DNA of 61,009 nucleotides, the filler included, from Stramenopiles sp. TOSAG23-6 (lineage: Eukaryota): the NCBI GenBank assembly GCA_900128565.1. It is 14 parts of 14 records of this genome, joined end to end, with 100 filler letters (N's around TTAATTAATTAA, not from the genome) between each part and the next. Parts side by side here need not be neighbours in the genome. Positions count along the whole stretch, not along the records: positions 56,764 to 61,009 come from LT637218.1; 13 more parts are not named here. One strand, 5' to 3'. Below the pieces are notes generated by a model. The model was given only the letters and a program-made list of their open reading frames with translations. It searched no databases and was not told where the DNA came from. Shown here in pieces: positions 57,254 to 61,009 of this stretch. The translations under genes and the position numbers were made by a program. Each line of letters opens with the position of its first letter. The first letter of the stretch is position 1.

Positions 57254-60059
57254 ATGTTTGTCGGATCATCAACATGTGTAAATAATGAGAAGGTTGGGAT
57301 GAAAGATCTCCATGAAAGTAGTAGTACAATTTCTGTAGATCATACAAAGGGACCTTCTAATGTTTTGGAGGACATTGACAGGCGTTGTGACCAGGTTAAT
57401 TCACGTCGAATTCAACGTCTTAAACGGCATAGTCATGCTCAGACTATTCTAGATCCTGTTTTGACCATTCGATCTCCGAAATCATCAAAACGTAAATCTT
57501 TAGATTCTAGTAAAACTGTTGTGACAGAGTCGTTAGGTACTGTTGAAAGAGGACGAAGTGGTAGCGTCCTTCTTGCACGAAGAGTTCTTGAGGCGGATGA
57601 ATTTAACCCTTTACTTCATTTTCCTACATCTGACTCGAATACGTCTATCGAATCACTAGATGTACATCATAAAATTTCATCATCTGTACATCACATTACT
57701 GAAGACCAACATTGTAAGAAAAATAATTTATATAATGGTAAAGACACAAAAAGAAAACAAAGTATAATGAATAGACAACATTGTAATAGAGGTAGTAATG
57801 AAGATGTTGAGAAGTTGTTCAAAAATAGTCAAAATAGTCATGAAAATATTTCTAATTTGTCTACATTGAAAACATATAGGCATTCATTGACATCTAATTC
57901 TTTAGATGATAGTACTACATCAATTCACAGTAAGAAGATTCAATCAAGAGAACCTTGGAATCTTAGTAGTAACTCTAACCCTAACCCTAACCCTTGGAAT
58001 CTTAGTAGTAACTCAAAACACAATACAAAAACGAAATCCTACCCAAATATAAAACATACAAAACATCAAACAATGAATGAAAATGAAAATATATTCACCA
58101 TGAAAAGCAAATCTCAAACATTTAAAAAAACACAAAAAACACAAAAAACACAAAAAACACAAAAGAATAATTCTTTATTAAATTCATTGAATGATGAAGA
58201 AAATTTTCGCATCTCATTAGGTCGTCAGACAGGATTGTTCCAAATGGTGAAGGCTGGTTCATATATAAGTCATACTCGTCAGTCACATGGCTTATTTAAT
58301 AATCTATTCCGTTTTTCTTATGCACAAATAAATGATAAAAACACAATTCTTACAAAAACACGAAATCTGAATGGTTTAAAATTTCGGTCGTTTGAAGAAT
58401 TTTCAACAAATCGTTCAAATATTACTGTCTGTTGTGAATTACCTGATTGTGCAGTAGTACGTTTTTTTTGTGTAGTACATTTTTTTAGAAAACAAAAATG
58501 TACCTAATTGCGAACTGTCCAATTTTTTTTTCATACGAAATTTTGTACCTAACAAATTTTGAATTGTGAACTGTCCAATTTTTTTTTTTTTTTTTTTTTT
58601 TTTTCGAAAAAAAAAAAAATTTTGTACCTAACAAATTTTGAATTTTTTTTTAAATATTGTCCTATATTGTACGTGTCACGAAATCATTTAGATAAAAAAG
58701 GAATATCTCACTCTACCATGTCTCATCTTGATGGTGGTACTGTTGAAGATGCGTTAGGTACAAAATATAGTACAAACATGTCAGATCCAATATTTCATAC
58801 AAAAAACAGTACAAATATTCCAACAAGTACATTTTTCATCTAACAAAAAACATTTTTTTTTTATAGTAAATATTGTACCTAACAAAAAACATTTTTTTTT
58901 TCATAGTGAATTTTGTACCTAATGAAAAACCAAAAAAAAAATAAATTAAATATTTTTTTACAATACATAAAATCATTCAACTGCATTTTCTCAAATGGGT
59001 GCAAAAAAAAATAGTAAAAATAATAATATTGTGAATATTAGAGAATATATAATACGTTTTCATTTCAAAAAAAATATTTTTTTTTTCAATTTTTTTTTTC
59101 AATTTCAAAAATTTTTTTTCAAATTTTTTTTTTCAAATTTTTTTTTTTTCAATTTTTTTTTCGTACGAAATTTTGTACCTAACAAAAATTTAAAATTTTA
59201 TTTTGAAATATTTTCACAAAAAACATGTTGATATTCCACTTATATTAATCATCGATGAACCAAATAATTCATATATATCAGAATTTGAAAATGATCAAAA
59301 AGATTTTTTTGCTACTTCGAACAAAATAAGTATCGAAAATCAAAATAAAAAAATCTTGAACCCAAATCTTTTGAAAAAAAAATCTTTAGGTACAAAATTG
59401 GGTACAAAAGAAAACATCGCTAATAAACCGAAAATTTTATCATGTAATATCAATATTAAAAACATAATGTATGTTTTATTTTTTTTTTCAAATTCGAATT
59501 TTTTTTCGTACGAAATGTTGTACCTAACAAATTTAAGTTTTTTTTTTTGAAATATTTTTCCAAAATACATTGGTGTTCGACATTTCGGAGCATCGGTGTT
59601 AATTGATGCTAATCATATAACATTTGAAAAAGATGAAAAACAAAATAGTTATATTTGGGGTAAATTATGTAAAAATTTGCCATCTAGCCAAGGAAGCCAA
59701 GATGAGAAATATTTGAGTGATATGTTTAATCATTTTAATGATACTAATGATGATACTAATGATGATGATCATCATAATGATACTACTACTAATAATAATA
59801 ATACTAATAATACTGATAGTAATACTACTACTACTACTAATAATAATAATAATGATAATAATAATAATGATAATGATAACACTATTACAAATCCTACAAA
59901 TAAAAAGGAAGAAAAAATGAAATTATTGACAAGAGGAAATAATTCTTCCACACGAGACAAAATTGTTTCAGTGTTTAAACAACAGCAACCAACAATACAT
60001 GGTTGGGTTCTCTTACAATATAATGAATATCATTTACTAAAGCCAAACCATATTAACAA

Positions 60060-60091
<32 letters not shown>

Positions 60092-60880
60092 NTAATAATA
60101 ATAATAATAATAATAATTATGATACAACAAATAATAATACTACCAAGACTACTACAAATAATAACAATAATAATAATAATAATAATAATACTACAAATAA
60201 TAATAATTTAGAAATGAAATGTCCTTCACTATTAGCATTGTTAAAAGTATATTCGAAAGAACTCGTTACAGAAGTTCTAAAAAGACGACGATTGCATCAA
60301 ACAGCTAAAAAATTGTCCAATCCAGAGATTTTATATTTATTATGGTTAGAAACGCGTCATTGTTTGGAACAGTGTTTGTTTTTACAATTCATTTCAAAAT
60401 TAATTTTTTTTTTTTTCTAAATTACATTTTGTACCTAACGATTTTTTTTACAAAAACAAAATTTTTATAATTCATTTCAAAATTAATTTTTTTTATAGTA
60501 CATTTTGTACCTAACGATTTTTTTTACAAAAACAAATTTTTACAATACATGGGGTCTTCATTCGTTAATTAATGTATATTTACAGCATTTAAAACTTCGT
60601 GAAAAGTTGATTAAACAAGAGGCCGCATTACATGTATATTTTTATCATGAATTTCATTATGTTTTAGTTTTTTTTACTATTTTTTTAAACAAAAACAAAA
60701 AAAAAAAAAAAAAAAAAAAATTTTTTTGCTTCTTTTTAAAATATTGTAGCTGACAAATTTCATTTTTTTTTTTTTTTCACAATACATTTAGCCGTAGGCA
60801 AATTAATCGAAGGACACTTGGGATTTGTTCAACAACTGATTTTAAATATGGAGCGTCCTTTTGAATTTTTACGTATTAAT
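57254..60880 (+). CDS. large Asn/Thr-rich hypothetical protein; exons 57254-58456, 58673-58826, 58969-59051, 59227-59468, 59571-60373, 60551-60633, 60788-60880; 3' partial
   Basis: continuous reading frame after removing six family introns; no recognised domain. Confidence 0.7.
58457..58672 (+). mobile_element. family intron GT...TAC with three branch-motif copies (216 nt)
   Basis: gca gta|GTACGT...TAAATATTGTCCTATATTGTAC|gtg tca. Confidence 0.65.
58827..58968 (+). mobile_element. family intron GT...CAT (142 nt)
   Basis: aca a|GTACAT...CAATACAT|aa aat; the register shifted by 2 nt gives TAA. Confidence 0.75.
59052..59226 (+). mobile_element. family intron AT...CAT (175 nt)
   Basis: tat ata|ATACGTTTTCATTTC...AAAAACAT|gtt gat, phase 0. 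Confidence 0.65.
59469..59570 (+). mobile_element. family intron GT...CAT (102 nt), near-consensus copy
   Basis: ata at|GTATGTTTTAT...CAAATTCGAATTT...CGTACGAAATGTTGTACCTAAC...CCAAAATACAT|t ggt. Confidence 0.88.
60374..60550 (+). mobile_element. family intron GT...CAT with internal duplication (177 nt)
   Basis: cag t|GTTTG...TACAATACAT|gg ggt. Confidence 0.7.
60634..60787 (+). mobile_element. diverged family intron GT...CAT (154 nt)
   Basis: tta cat|GTATAT...TGTAGCTGAC...CACAATACAT|tta gcc. Confidence 0.75.
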
Positions 60881-61009
60881 GTACATTTTTACTACATTTT
60901 CATATTTCACCTTTTTTAATTTTTTTTTTTTTTTTTCGTACGAAATTTTGTACCTAACGATTTTTTTTTTTTAAAAATTTTTTTGAAAAAAAAATGGAAA
61001 TTTTTTAAA
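60881..61009 (+). mobile_element. family intron, runs off window
   Basis: att aat|GTACAT...TTCGTACGAAATTTTGTACCTAACG. Confidence 0.75.

Overview
AT-rich eukaryotic DNA. It is not one locus but 14 contigs of about 4.25 kb joined by artificial N-TTAATTAATTAA-N linkers, and one contig is present three times identically. Gene content (CEP104, TTLL, kinesin-14, APC6, SKA1, AP2 factors, cytochrome c) fits a flagellated protist, possibly a stramenopile; the taxonomy is my inference. The main finding is a family of about 32 related 85-216 nt insertions that interrupt conserved genes, always in sense orientation. Consensus: GTATGTTTTATTTT..AAATTCGAATTT..TTTCGTACGAAATTTTGTACCTAAC..TTTGAAATATTTTTCCAAAATACAT. 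Removing them as GT...YAT introns restores conserved protein motifs (cyclin box, EF-hand loop, TTLL, C69 dipeptidase), and nearby AG acceptors fail where tested. Variants appear to be AT-AT, GT-AC, GT-AA and one AG end, usually exactly 16 nt after a GAAATA box. The ends form a short inverted repeat with a duplicated AT. This looks like an introner-type mobile intron family spliced without AG. A 330-bp MITE with 36-bp TIRs carries the same core motif. TTAGGG units inserted between short direct duplications are a second notable pattern. All splicing is inferred from reading frames; no transcript data were available.
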